Part shown: piece by piece, positions 1-9,144 of the stretch
Position numbering within the stretch: the stretch's first letter is position 1
Layout: the number at the start of each line of letters is the position of its first letter
Assembly (NCBI GenBank): GCA_021787535.1
Contig: JAJYLR010000001.1
Span: 383,687-447,686, forward strand
DNA length: 64,000 nucleotides
Direction of reading: 5' to 3'
Source: a bacterium
GTDB taxonomy: Bacteria > Patescibacteriota > CPR2 > UBA1875 > JAJYID01
Notes under the pieces: generated by a model
Told to the model about the DNA's origin: nothing
What the model saw: the letters and a program-made list of their open reading frames with translations, nothing else
The model's database searches: none
Made by a program: the position numbers and the translations under genes

Positions 1-66
1 AAGCAGTTTTCAGAAGAACTGAAGAAAAGGCATGCTGAGATAGATAAAATCTTAGAGGAAAGTTAA
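1..66 (+). CDS. 3' end of a gene truncated by the window edge (KQFSEELKKRHAEIDKILEES*)
   Basis: Open frame from base 1 to TAA at 64-66; product not identifiable. Confidence 0.5.
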   Translation, partial: KQFSEELKKRHAEIDKILEES

Positions 67-81
67 AATAATTAGGGTTTT

Positions 82-104
82 GATTCTGGACAAGCCAGAA
101 TGAC
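82..104 (-). repeat. REP/dRS3-like palindromic repeat, 23 nt
   Basis: GATTCTGGACAAGCCAGAATGAC is the exact reverse complement of the copies at 41801-41823 and 63862-63884. Confidence 0.9.
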
Positions 105-128
105 TTGTTTAGGATTGTATGAATTAAT

Positions 129-950
129 ATGGCAAAAGCTGAAAATACAATTGAAGTAAAAAATCTCACTAAAAAGTTTAAAAAGTTTACGGCGGTGGAT
201 TCTATTTCCTTTAATGTGGAAAAGGGAGAAATATTTGGATTTCTAGGCCCGAACGGCGCCGGTAAATCCACGACCATTCGCATGCTTACGACTCTTCTGA
301 CTCCGACTTCCGGAACGGCGACCGTGGAAGGTTATGACATTAAAAAAGACCAAAACGAGGTGAGGCGGCACATCGGACTTGTGGCAGAAAAAATCATTCT
401 CTATAACCACCTCAGCGCTATGGAAAATCTGGAGTTTTTTGGCAAACTCAATCATTTGTCAAAGGATGTTATCAGAGAACGTTCAGAGGGCTGGATCAAA
501 AGGCTTGGTATGGAAGACTGGAAAGATGCGCAGGCAAGCACTTACTCGACGGGAATGAAACAGCGTATAAATATTGTTCGGGCGCTACTGACTGAGCCGG
601 ATATTCTCTTTCTTGATGAGCCGACTCTCGGACTTGACCCGCAAACGACTTTTATGATCAGAACCTTTATTCAAGAATTAAACGAGAAGGGAATTACCAT
701 AATTTTGACAACTCACGACATGATAGAAGCGGAGGCATTATCTGATCGGGTGGCGATCATTGACCACGGGGAAATTCAGGCGATTGATACTGTCGAAAAC
801 CTAAAGAAAAAAGTTAAGGATAAGAAAAACCCAACACTTGAGGACGTATTCCTGCAGGTGACGGGACTTGATATTCGCGACAAAAAGGAGAAATCAAAAG
901 GACAAGCTGGCCCGCCGTGGAGAGGCGGAGGTCAGAACAGAGTGAGGTAG
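129..950 (+). CDS. ABC-2 exporter ATP-binding subunit (DrrA-like)
   Basis: Walker A GPNGAGKS, signature YSTGMKQR, Walker B LFLDEPT, H-loop TTH. Confidence 0.95.
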   Translation: MAKAENTIEVKNLTKKFKKFTAVDSISFNVEKGEIFGFLGPNGAGKSTTIRMLTTLLTPTSGTATVEGYDIKKDQNEVRRHIGLVAEKIILYNHLSAMENLEFFGKLNHLSKDVIRERSEGWIKRLGMEDWKDAQASTYSTGMKQRINIVRALLTEPDILFLDEPTLGLDPQTTFMIRTFIQELNEKGITIILTTHDMIEAEALSDRVAIIDHGEIQAIDTVENLKKKVKDKKNPTLEDVFLQVTGLDIRDKKEKSKGQAGPPWRGGGQNRVR

Positions 951-992
951 GTTAGGTGACTAGGTAATTAGGTAAAAAGGTAAATAGGATAG
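948..992. repeat. Degenerate 8-bp tandem repeat (TAGGTNAN)
   Basis: taggtgac taggtaat taggtaaa aaggtaaa tagg in the intergenic gap. Confidence 0.7.
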
Positions 993-1002
993 GAATTGTA
1001 AG

Positions 1003-2187
1003 ATGAAACATGTTTTAAGCGATTTATGGCAAATAACTAAAAAGGATCTTCTTGAATTTGCTCGAGATAGGATTCGCCTGATTACCTTTATTATCATGCC
1101 TATTTTCATGATGGTGCTGACCGGTTTCATTTTTCCAAGCCAGACATCTGTGAAAAATGTGCCCATCGGTGTTGTAAATGAAAACGGACAGACGGGCGGC
1201 CAGCTGATTCAGATAATTAAAAACTTGGAAGTTACTAAAGGTAGCAAGGTCTTTGAAACAAAAACTTATGGCAGTCTTGATGCGATAAAAGATGGAATTA
1301 AAAAACAGGAAATTAACGGCGGTATTTATATTCCGGCGGAATTTTCCAAGGATATCAGCACAAATAAACAGGCGCAAGTAACTATAGTTGAGGATCAGTC
1401 TAACCCTCAAATCTCAGGGATAGCTACACAAACGCTAACCAATATCGTTCAGGGCTTCGGAAAAGAGATAGGTAAACAAAAGGTAGGCATTTTAGTCGCG
1501 AAAACCGGAGCTAGGGGTCCGGATGCCGGAGCGCTGGTGACTCCTATTACATCTAAACTCGAGGGCATTTTGCCGGGTTCAACCAACTATTTTGAGTTTG
1601 TCGCTCCGGGGATTATGGCAATGGTTGTAATGACTGCGGTCTTAACTGGTCTAGCCGCTTCTGTTTCCAGAGAAAGAGAACAGGGGACGCTCGATGGTAT
1701 TTTAATTTCTCCGATCAGCCGGCTGGCAATAATCCTTGGAAAAGCCATGTCGCAGTCTATTCGCGGGCTGGCTCAGGGCGCGATAGTTCTTCTTCTGGCA
1801 ATATTTCTTTTCGGTGTAACTATTAATGGAAGTATCTTGCTTGTGGCTCTGCTGCTACTTCTTGGGATATTTTCCTTTGTTGGACTTGGAATCTTAGTCA
1901 GTGCATCAGCGGCTGAACAAGAAACGGCAACTCAGCTTCTTTTCATGTTTCAGTTTCCGATGCTTTTCCTCTCTGGTGCCTTCTTTCCAATACAGCAAAT
2001 GCCGAAAGCAATGCAAGACATAGCCCATCTCTTGCCGCTGACATATGCCATCGAAGCTCTCAGAAAAGTTATAATCCTTGGGGCCGGCGTATCATCTGTC
2101 ACTGGCGAGCTTATAATTCTGACTGTTTTCGGAGCGGTCACTTTAGCTATAGCTGTACCGCTTTTCAGAAAAATGATCACGAGGTAG
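1003..2187 (+). CDS. ABC-2 type transporter permease
   Basis: N-terminal TM, extracytoplasmic loop, REREQGTLD motif, FLSGAFFP, six TM segments; follows ATPase. Confidence 0.93.
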   Translation: MKHVLSDLWQITKKDLLEFARDRIRLITFIIMPIFMMVLTGFIFPSQTSVKNVPIGVVNENGQTGGQLIQIIKNLEVTKGSKVFETKTYGSLDAIKDGIKKQEINGGIYIPAEFSKDISTNKQAQVTIVEDQSNPQISGIATQTLTNIVQGFGKEIGKQKVGILVAKTGARGPDAGALVTPITSKLEGILPGSTNYFEFVAPGIMAMVVMTAVLTGLAASVSREREQGTLDGILISPISRLAIILGKAMSQSIRGLAQGAIVLLLAIFLFGVTINGSILLVALLLLLGIFSFVGLGILVSASAAEQETATQLLFMFQFPMLFLSGAFFPIQQMPKAMQDIAHLLPLTYAIEALRKVIILGAGVSSVTGELIILTVFGAVTLAIAVPLFRKMITR

Positions 2188-2212
2188 GTTTTACCGATTA
2201 TAAAGAAAAATC

Positions 2213-2241
2213 TTTACATAAGAATAATTTTAATTTAAACT
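2213..2241 (+). promoter_or_regulatory. sigma70-type promoter
   Basis: TTTACA-17 nt-TAAACT upstream of the structured small-ORF unit. Confidence 0.5.
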
Positions 2242-2292
2242 GATATTAAGTAAGGAATGTGGGCTAAGCAACTAAGGAGGTGAAACCTTATT

Positions 2293-2460
2293 ATGAAGAC
2301 TGTATTCCTGAAACTAGCTCTCGCGGCGGCTAACGCGAGAAGCAGTCGGCTCGACGATGGCGAAGTATCTTGTTGCGAGTCTGACGGTGTAACTGGAGAG
2401 TCGGCGTGCTTCGGCGCCAGACTCCAGGGAACAACTTCGCAGATTTCACAGGTGCTTTAA
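2293..2460 (+). CDS. 55-aa small ORF not in ORF track (MKTVFLKLALAAANARSSRLDDGEVSCCESDGVTGESACFGARLQGTTSQISQVL), embedded in a highly structured RNA
   Basis: AAGGAGGTGA at 2274-2283, ATG 2293, TAA 2458-2460; coding status uncertain. Confidence 0.45.
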   Translation: MKTVFLKLALAAANARSSRLDDGEVSCCESDGVTGESACFGARLQGTTSQISQVL

Positions 2461-2553
2461 TCGCTGCTAGGCACAGTACAACGTTTTACCGAAAATCCAA
2501 AATTAGGTAATCCTCTGGATTTTCATGCGTTGTTGTTCCCGGTAAACCCCTAA

Positions 2554-2581
2554 GGGTGGCTCTTCGAGCCACCCTATTCTT
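2554..2581 (+). terminator. Intrinsic terminator
   Basis: GGGTGGCTC-TTC-GAGCCACCC followed by TATTCTT. Confidence 0.7.
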
Positions 2582-2603
2582 ATGCAGGTAAATGGACAAA
2601 AGA

Positions 2604-2631
2604 AAAATGGGACCCGAGCGGGTCCCATTTT
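2604..2631 (-). terminator. Intrinsic terminator of dcd (possibly bidirectional)
   Basis: AAAATGGGACCCG-AG-CGGGTCCCATTTT. Confidence 0.8.
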
Positions 2632-2650
2632 GACCTTGCGAGAACGGCAT

Positions 2651-3814
2651 TCAGTTCATGTTCCACTTGGTACTTATGAACTGTTTTGCGGTACGAGGTC
2701 CTGCCTGAAGGTGGTAGTTATTGCCGGCATCTCCATATACAACCGGTGGGATTTCGGTCATGTAGAAGTATTCCATACAGCACACCGGAGAACCATGCCA
2801 CAGAAGGATATCCTCGTGTGGAATGATCTCGAGAACGGCAGGCGTACCCAGTACTTTGTGATGGATGGGATTACAACCCCAGCCCGGATCGAAGAATCCG
2901 GCATAGTGGGAGCGAAATTCGCCAATTCCGCTGTTGTAATCAACCATTTCACAGCAGAGGTATGGCGGAACGGCCACAGCTTCGTTTGTCGAGAGAATAT
3001 AGAATCCTCCCTTTGAGAGCGGAATGAACCCTTCTTTCGAGGGCTTGACTTCTTCAAAGAAGTCTTCCAGAGGCACATTCTTGCTTGCATAACTAAGGCA
3101 GTGCTGGCTGGAGTCCTTAGCTTTCAAGACCGCCGGTTTATCTTCCTCGACATTTTTGAGATTGGCAGTCAGTACTAAGGATGAACCGGTCATCTTTAGG
3201 TTTTTTGACAGGATCTTCCGGCCTTTCAGGTCAAAGACCAAACCATGCTTTTTATGCTCCATTTCCAGCTGATGCGGGGCAAGCCGGCAGTCAGACATTC
3301 TGCCATTGGCAAACCTGACTTGGTTGAAGGTTTGGCCTGCTTTAATCCTGATAGGATAAGAGTTCGCCTTAATTATATTATAAGTCGGACCCTTATAGCC
3401 GGCAGGTATCGAGTCAAACTCCGGGTGGCAGTTGCATACCAGCCGTACCTGCAGATTATTCCTTCCGGAAGTACTTTTTGGATTGGCTCGTCCGCTAAAA
3501 TATTCACCTAGATCCAACACTTCTTCGTTTGGTACAAGATAGGGAACACCGGTTTCGAGGACAAATCCTTCATCCGTGAGAGGCCGGCGGTAGAAGTTTG
3601 CCTTATCACACATCTTACGGGCAAAGTCTGCAATATCATCCATTTCAGGACTGAAAATCCCAGGCAGGCGAATCATTTCACCTTGTCCGAGGCGCAGATC
3701 GATACTGCCCGGCTGGATGTTACCTTCCGGAATTTTTACTTTTGAGGTAATCATTCCGGAGCTGATCATACTCTTTATGTCCTGGCTTGGCAGGACTCCA
3801 ATCGTATTTCTCAT
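2651..3814 (-). CDS. dcd: Long-form dCTP deaminase (two dUTPase-like folds)
   Basis: IQPGSIDLRLG, ANPKSTSGR, GEFRSHYAGFFDPGWG, Y-x-x-Q C-terminal motif; SD GGAGG. Confidence 0.88.
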   Translation of the reverse strand: MRNTIGVLPSQDIKSMISSGMITSKVKIPEGNIQPGSIDLRLGQGEMIRLPGIFSPEMDDIADFARKMCDKANFYRRPLTDEGFVLETGVPYLVPNEEVLDLGEYFSGRANPKSTSGRNNLQVRLVCNCHPEFDSIPAGYKGPTYNIIKANSYPIRIKAGQTFNQVRFANGRMSDCRLAPHQLEMEHKKHGLVFDLKGRKILSKNLKMTGSSLVLTANLKNVEEDKPAVLKAKDSSQHCLSYASKNVPLEDFFEEVKPSKEGFIPLSKGGFYILSTNEAVAVPPYLCCEMVDYNSGIGEFRSHYAGFFDPGWGCNPIHHKVLGTPAVLEIIPHEDILLWHGSPVCCMEYFYMTEIPPVVYGDAGNNYHLQAGPRTAKQFISTKWNMN

Positions 3815-3960
3815 CTTGAAATCCTCCGTTTCGTAGGTCGTTTTTTCAAAAGGGCGTTACAAAAAGAGGGCATGCAAACTCAGACCCTCGCAAATATGTG
3901 TAATGTAAAAGTAGTTTAACTGAAAAAAAGTGTTTTGTAAAGACGGCTAACTTTAATATA

Positions 3961-5025
3961 TTATAGATTTTCCAGGGCTTTTTGCTGGGAAGCTTTTTGG
4001 AGTGCTGAAATTATATCATCGAGCTTGCCGTTCATGATTTCCGGCAGATTATGGGCGGTAAAGCTAATTCTGTGATCTGTGACGCGATCTTGGGGATAGT
4101 TGTAAGTGCGGATTTTCTCACTGCGATCTCCGGAACCGATCTGAGATTTGCGTAAGTCACTTCTTTTCCTAGCTTCTTCATCTTGTTTTTGAGCGAGAAG
4201 GCGGGATCTTAAAATACTCATGGCTTTATCCTTGTTTTTCAGCTGAGATTTCTCGTCTTGGCATGAAACCACCATTCCGCTTGGAATATGGGTAATTCTC
4301 ACTGCTGAATCTGTAGTATTTACGCTTTGTCCGCCGGGCCCTGATGAGCGGAAAACATCTACGCGAATATCGCCTGGAGCTATTTCAATATCCACTTCTT
4401 CTGCTTCTGGCATGACGGCGACAGTGGCAGCTGAGGTATGGATGCGCCCTTGAGATTCTGTTTCCGGCACCCTCTGAACCCTATGGACACCGCTTTCGAA
4501 CTTTAAATATCTATAAACCTCATCACCTTCGATTTTGGCGATCATTTCTTTAATGCCTTCGATCCCCGTAACATTTGAGGACATTACCGAAATCTTCCAG
4601 CCCCGGCGCTCGGCATATCGGCAGTACATCCTGAAAAGGTCTCCAGCAAAAAGAGCCGCTTCATCTCCGCCGGTACCGGCCCTGATTTCCAAAATCACAT
4701 TTTTCACGTCATTCGGATCTTTTGGTATGAGCAGAGTTTCCAGCTCTTTTTCCGCTTTTTCCAGATGGCCCTCGGTGTCAATGATCTCATCGGCAAAAAA
4801 ATCCCGCATTTCCTGGTTATCTTCCTTTTCAAGCATATCGCGGGAAGCTCTGATGTCATTTTCCAAATTTTTAACTTTTTCAAAGGCTGCGATAATCTCT
4901 TTCAGTTCCCCATGTTTTTTGGAAATTTCTTTTAGTTTTTCAGGATTAGAAACAATGTCAGGGGAGGCGAGCTCTTTCTCCAGATGTGCAAATTCTTTTT
5001 TGTATGAATCGTATTTTTCTAACAT
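3961..5025 (-). CDS. prfA: Peptide chain release factor 1
   Basis: GGQ motif (SGPGGQSVNTTDSAVR), RF1 PxT motif (VPETE), GTGGDEA. Confidence 0.97.
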   Translation of the reverse strand: MLEKYDSYKKEFAHLEKELASPDIVSNPEKLKEISKKHGELKEIIAAFEKVKNLENDIRASRDMLEKEDNQEMRDFFADEIIDTEGHLEKAEKELETLLIPKDPNDVKNVILEIRAGTGGDEAALFAGDLFRMYCRYAERRGWKISVMSSNVTGIEGIKEMIAKIEGDEVYRYLKFESGVHRVQRVPETESQGRIHTSAATVAVMPEAEEVDIEIAPGDIRVDVFRSSGPGGQSVNTTDSAVRITHIPSGMVVSCQDEKSQLKNKDKAMSILRSRLLAQKQDEEARKRSDLRKSQIGSGDRSEKIRTYNYPQDRVTDHRISFTAHNLPEIMNGKLDDIISALQKASQQKALENL

Positions 5026-5042
5026 AATACTTTCCTAGTTTC

Positions 5043-5102
5043 GTCACTGCGGCCTGTCCAGAATCTTATTTTATTTTAGATTCCCGCCTCCGCGGGAATG
5101 AC
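5043..5102. repeat. Inverted pair of REP/dRS3-like palindromes
   Basis: GTCACTGCGGCCTGTCCAGAATC (5043-5065) and GATTCCCGCCTCCGCGGGAATGAC (5079-5102). Confidence 0.8.
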
Positions 5103-5184
5103 AGTTAAAGTAAACGATTTCTCTAGCATAGATACAATTATAGCGCTTCTAGGATAACCAAAACAGCGCTATAGTTCCAAATAT

Positions 5185-5544
5185 TTAATTTTCAGCTTGA
5201 GTATTTTCTTCTTTTTCAGACTTAACATCGACAGTTTCTTCAGAGAGCTCTTCTTTGATTTCTTCCATTTTCTCATCGAGTTTAGTTGTGTCGACCGGCT
5301 GTTTCTCTTTCTTAATCTTTGGTTTCTGAGCAGCTTTCAATTTTTCAGCCGCTTCCATTTTTGCCTTAAATTTATCAACCCGGCCGGCGGTATCAACCAG
5401 TTTTTGTTTCCCTGTAAAGAAGGGATGACAAGCGCTGCAGATTTCCACTGTCAAATCACCCACGGTATTCATGGTTTCTATCACGTTGCCGCAACCGCAG
5501 GTAACGCGCGCTTTTTTGTATTCCGGATGAATTCCTTTTTTCAT
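5185..5544 (-). CDS. rpmE: 50S ribosomal protein bL31 (Zn-binding type) with charged C-terminal extension
   Basis: [34 protein letters not shown]. Confidence 0.95.
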   Translation of the reverse strand: MKKGIHPEYKKARVTCGCGNVIETMNTVGDLTVEICSACHPFFTGKQKLVDTAGRVDKFKAKMEAAEKLKAAQKPKIKKEKQPVDTTKLDEKMEEIKEELSEETVDVKSEKEENTQAEN

Positions 5545-5643
5545 AACAGGTAGATTATAACAATTGATAATGATTTTATCAAGGATTTGTTGATGAATTA
5601 CCTATAATTTGTGTTTGTACAATAAGGATATTAAAATGAAAAT

Positions 5644-5808
5644 ATGGATAAGAAAGTTATAATGCTTGGAATGTTGGTTGGTTCAGCGGTAGGCAGCTTT
5701 GTACCGCTTCTCTGGGGAGGGAATTTGCTTTCATTTAGTTCTATAATCTTTACAGTAATCGGCGGGATTTTCGGTATCTGGAGCGCCTATAAACTTGCAA
5801 ATTTATAA
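5644..5808 (+). CDS. 54-aa Gly-rich two-TM membrane protein, below ORF-track cutoff
   Basis: MDKKVIMLGMLVGSAVGSFVPLLWGGNLLSFSSIIFTVIGGIFGIWSAYKLANL fills the rpmE-rpsB gap. Confidence 0.75.
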   Translation: MDKKVIMLGMLVGSAVGSFVPLLWGGNLLSFSSIIFTVIGGIFGIWSAYKLANL

Positions 5809-5829
5809 TGGCTTCTCGGGAGTATTGGA

Positions 5830-5858
5830 TTGCAAAAAAGACTCAAATCTGATATACT
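5830..5858 (+). promoter_or_regulatory. rpsB operon promoter
   Basis: TTGCAA-17 nt-TATACT. Confidence 0.7.
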
Positions 5859-5880
5859 TTTCAAGATTACAAAAATATTA

Positions 5881-5970
5881 AAACGCACGTCTTTTGATAC
5901 TCTGGCTTCTCCCATTTTGGGTTTTTGGAGTAGATGATAAAGGCGGAGGTTCGGCAAACGCCGGAGAAAA
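5881..5970 (+). promoter_or_regulatory. Probable rpsB (S2) autoregulatory leader RNA
   Basis: GCAC-GTCTTT...AAAGGC-GGAGG framing a TACTCTG/TGGAGTA stem directly 5' of rpsB, the layout of known S2 leaders. Confidence 0.55.
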
Positions 5971-5982
5971 GGAGAAAAAAAA

Positions 5983-6798
5983 ATGGCAGAAGTATCAATG
6001 CAGGAACTCTTTGAAGCAGGGGCGCATTTCGGACACCAGACGCAGAGATGGAATCCGAAGATGGCTCCTTATATTTTTACCCAAAAAAACAAAGTTCATA
6101 TTATCGACCTTGCGCAAACAGTCGAAAAACTGAGTGATGCAAAGAAGTTTATAGAACAAACCGTATCGAAAGGCGGTAAAATACTCTTTGTGGGCACAAA
6201 AAAACAAGCCCAAAGTATAATCAAAGAAGAAGCTGAAAAATGCGGTATGCCGTATGTTTCAGAGAGATGGCTTGGCGGAATGCTGACAAATTTCCAGACT
6301 ATAGCTTCCAGAACTAAGTATATGAAGGACCTTAAAGCGAAGCTTGAGGAAAACACTGAGATGACAAAAAAAGAAAAACTGAAGGGTGAGGAGGAATTAA
6401 AGAAACTGGAGAGTAATCTTGGTGGAATTATGGATCTAACCCGAGTGCCTGATGCGCTTTTTGTGGTAGATATTTCCAAAGAGATGACAGCAGTCAAAGA
6501 AGCAAAAAAAATAGGTCTGCCTATCGTGGCCATTGTTGATACCAATGTAAATCCGGAACTTGTTGATTACCCTATTCCGGCAAATGATGATGCAGTAAAG
6601 GCCATAAAACTAGTTTGTTCCTTTGTTTCAGGCGTTGTTCAGAATACTCCAGTAAAGTTAAAGGAGGAAACACCAGTCAAGGCCGAGATTAAGATAAAAG
6701 AAGAAAAAGGCGAAGAAATTGCAGCAGAGAAAGTCGAAGAAAAAGATAAGGAATTTTTAAGCAAAGAAAAAAAGAAAGAGGAAAAAGGAGGAAAATGA
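5983..6798 (+). CDS. rpsB: 30S ribosomal protein uS2
   Basis: EAGAHFGH, WNPKM, ILFVGTKKQA, RWLGGMLTN, IPANDDA. Confidence 0.98.
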   Translation: MAEVSMQELFEAGAHFGHQTQRWNPKMAPYIFTQKNKVHIIDLAQTVEKLSDAKKFIEQTVSKGGKILFVGTKKQAQSIIKEEAEKCGMPYVSERWLGGMLTNFQTIASRTKYMKDLKAKLEENTEMTKKEKLKGEEELKKLESNLGGIMDLTRVPDALFVVDISKEMTAVKEAKKIGLPIVAIVDTNVNPELVDYPIPANDDAVKAIKLVCSFVSGVVQNTPVKLKEETPVKAEIKIKEEKGEEIAAEKVEEKDKEFLSKEKKKEEKGGK

Positions 6799-7391
6799 TG
6801 GCGGCAATTAGCGCGAAAGACGTTCAGAACTTAAGAAAAATCTGCGGTGCGCCGATGATGGATTGCAAGAAGGCACTCGAAGAATCAAAAGGCGATGTCG
6901 ATAAAGCTGTTGAAATTTTAAGAAAAAAAGGCGCGGCAACGGCTGCCAAAAGAGCCGAACGCGAAGCTAAAGAAGGAATAATTGCATCTTATATACACGG
7001 CAACAAGATTGGTGTTTTAGTGGAAGTAAATTCAGAGACTGACTTTGTGGCCAGAAGCGGCGATTTCCAGAACTTTGCCCGCGATGTGGCTATGCATGTT
7101 GCTGCTGCAAATCCTGAATATCTTCTTCCTGAAGATGTGCCGGCAAAAGTTCTAGAAAAAGAAAAGGAAATTGAACTTGAGAAGCTAAAAAAAGACGGAA
7201 AGCCGGCCAATATCCTAGATAAAATCTGGGAAGGCAAGAAAGAAAAATTTTTCAGTGAAAATTGCCTTATGAAACAGGCATTTGTTAAAAATCCTGATCT
7301 CACTATTGAAGAATTGTTAGCAGAGACGATCGGAAAAATCGGCGAAAAGATAGAGATTAGAAGATTTTGCCGATTTGAAGTGGGAAAATAA
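6795..7391 (+). CDS. tsf: Elongation factor Ts (short form)
   Basis: GAPMMDCKKAL, EVNSETDFVA, AMHVAAANP. Confidence 0.97.
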   Translation: MMAAISAKDVQNLRKICGAPMMDCKKALEESKGDVDKAVEILRKKGAATAAKRAEREAKEGIIASYIHGNKIGVLVEVNSETDFVARSGDFQNFARDVAMHVAAANPEYLLPEDVPAKVLEKEKEIELEKLKKDGKPANILDKIWEGKKEKFFSENCLMKQAFVKNPDLTIEELLAETIGKIGEKIEIRRFCRFEVGK

Positions 7392-7426
7392 AGCAGTATA
7401 CGATATAAAGAAGGAGGAACAACAAT

Positions 7427-7984
7427 ATGATACAGGAACTTATAAAGGGAGCTGAGCCAAAGTTTCAAAAGGCAATTGAAATACTCGAAGAAGAGCTTGC
7501 TGCTCTTCATACCGGCAGAGCAAGCGTGTCTTTAGTCGATGATATTCAGGTAGATGTTTATGGCGCAAAAAATCCTATTAAAGCTGTAGCTACCATTACT
7601 ATCCCTGAGCCAAGATCTATCCTTATTCAACCATGGGATCAAGCAAATTTGTCCCGGATTGAAAGTGCGATCAGAGAATCTGATCTAAAATTAAATCCGG
7701 TTAACACCGGCGAAAACTTAAGAATTAATCTTCCCGAACTTACTGAGGAAAGGCGAAAAGAATTCGTGAAGATTGCACATGAGAAGGCAGAAAATGCACG
7801 GATTGCCGTGCGAAATATCAGAGGTGACATACTAAATCATATTAAAAAGGCAAAGTCAGACGGAGCAATAGGTGAGGATGATATGTATTACGGGGAAAAT
7901 GAACTGCAAAAGGTAGTAGATAAATATAATGCGCAAATTGAAGAAATCCTTTCCGGTAAAGAAAAAGACTTGTTAACTATTTAA
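7427..7984 (+). CDS. frr: Ribosome recycling factor
   Basis: TGRAS, IQPWD, PELTEERRKE, AVRNIR. Confidence 0.97.
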   Translation: MIQELIKGAEPKFQKAIEILEEELAALHTGRASVSLVDDIQVDVYGAKNPIKAVATITIPEPRSILIQPWDQANLSRIESAIRESDLKLNPVNTGENLRINLPELTEERRKEFVKIAHEKAENARIAVRNIRGDILNHIKKAKSDGAIGEDDMYYGENELQKVVDKYNAQIEEILSGKEKDLLTI

Positions 7985-8003
7985 ATTGAAAAGGAATAAA
8001 TAA

Positions 8004-9125
8004 ATGGCCCTTTTTATATCAATCATAGGATTTCTCTTTGCCATCTTTTTAATTATCACTATTCACGAGTTTGGCCATTTTGTTTCAGCAAAAGCGAGCG
8101 GTGTCAGAGTAGATGAGTTTGCTTTTGGCTTTCCTCCCAATATTTGGAAAAAGAAAATCGGGGAAACTACTTATGCTATAAATATTGTTCTCCTTGGAGG
8201 ATTTGTCAAACTTTATGGTGAAGACGGCAAAGATGATAATGACCCGCGCAGTTTTGCCTCAAAACCGTTATATACCAAGCTTTTAATCTTTGCAGCCGGG
8301 GTATTCATGAACTTTGTGCTTGCCTACTTTATCATATTTGGAAGTTATTTGGTGGGCACCCAGCCGATTATTCCCGGAATGGCCGATCAAAAAGGTGTGA
8401 ATAATAACATGCGCGCCATAGTTACGACAGTTGAGAAAGGTACGCCGGCTGAAAAGCAAGGCCTGCAAAAGGGCGACATTATAGAGGAAGTTGACGGCAT
8501 TAAAGTCAATGACAGTACAACCATTGTTCAGTATCTCGAGGAAAAGGCGGCGAAAAATAAGAATGTAACTGTCAATGCGGAGGTAAGTAGAAACGGTAAA
8601 ATTTTTAATAAAACTTTCTCAACTTATCTTTTTAAGGAAAATGTGGGCGGAAAAACCCAGGAAGTGCCGAGAATTGGGGTAGTTTTAGAGACAAACGGGA
8701 AAGTTTCAGCGCCGTTTTTTACAGCTATGAAAGCATCTTTTTTAGAAGTTGGAACATTTATCTATGAATATACAACGATGTTTTTCCAAGTCATCGGTAG
8801 CGCATTGATACATTTTAAAGCGCCTGAAGGTATTGCTGGTCCCATTGGCGTATATATTCTTACGAGTAATGCTGCACAATCCGGTTTCTCTATTTTTATT
8901 CAGTGGGTTGCCATACTCTCGATAGCCGTTGGTATTATAAATATCTTGCCGGTTCCCGGTTTGGATGGCGGCCAGATTCTCGTTGCTCTGATAGAATCCT
9001 CAGTTCGAAGAAAATTCACAGCTAAAGTTAAAGGCATCATCCAGTTTGCCGGGCTCGGTTTTGTGATTGTTTTGTATATTGCTCTAACCTTTAAAGATTT
9101 CTTTACTTTTGGTATTATCAAGTAG
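8004..9125 (+). CDS. rseP: RIP metalloprotease (site-2 protease with PDZ)
   Basis: HEFGH zinc motif, PDZ domain, NILPVPGLDGG. Confidence 0.93.
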   Translation: MALFISIIGFLFAIFLIITIHEFGHFVSAKASGVRVDEFAFGFPPNIWKKKIGETTYAINIVLLGGFVKLYGEDGKDDNDPRSFASKPLYTKLLIFAAGVFMNFVLAYFIIFGSYLVGTQPIIPGMADQKGVNNNMRAIVTTVEKGTPAEKQGLQKGDIIEEVDGIKVNDSTTIVQYLEEKAAKNKNVTVNAEVSRNGKIFNKTFSTYLFKENVGGKTQEVPRIGVVLETNGKVSAPFFTAMKASFLEVGTFIYEYTTMFFQVIGSALIHFKAPEGIAGPIGVYILTSNAAQSGFSIFIQWVAILSIAVGIINILPVPGLDGGQILVALIESSVRRKFTAKVKGIIQFAGLGFVIVLYIALTFKDFFTFGIIK

Positions 9126-9144
9126 CCCTAAATAAGAATTTAAA

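Noticed and set aside
2248-2580. tmRNA or RNase P RNA as identity of the structured ~330-nt unit
   Set aside because: No tRNA-Ala-like ends or TTCGA..CCACCA terminus and no GAGGAAAGTCC / P4 signature on either strand
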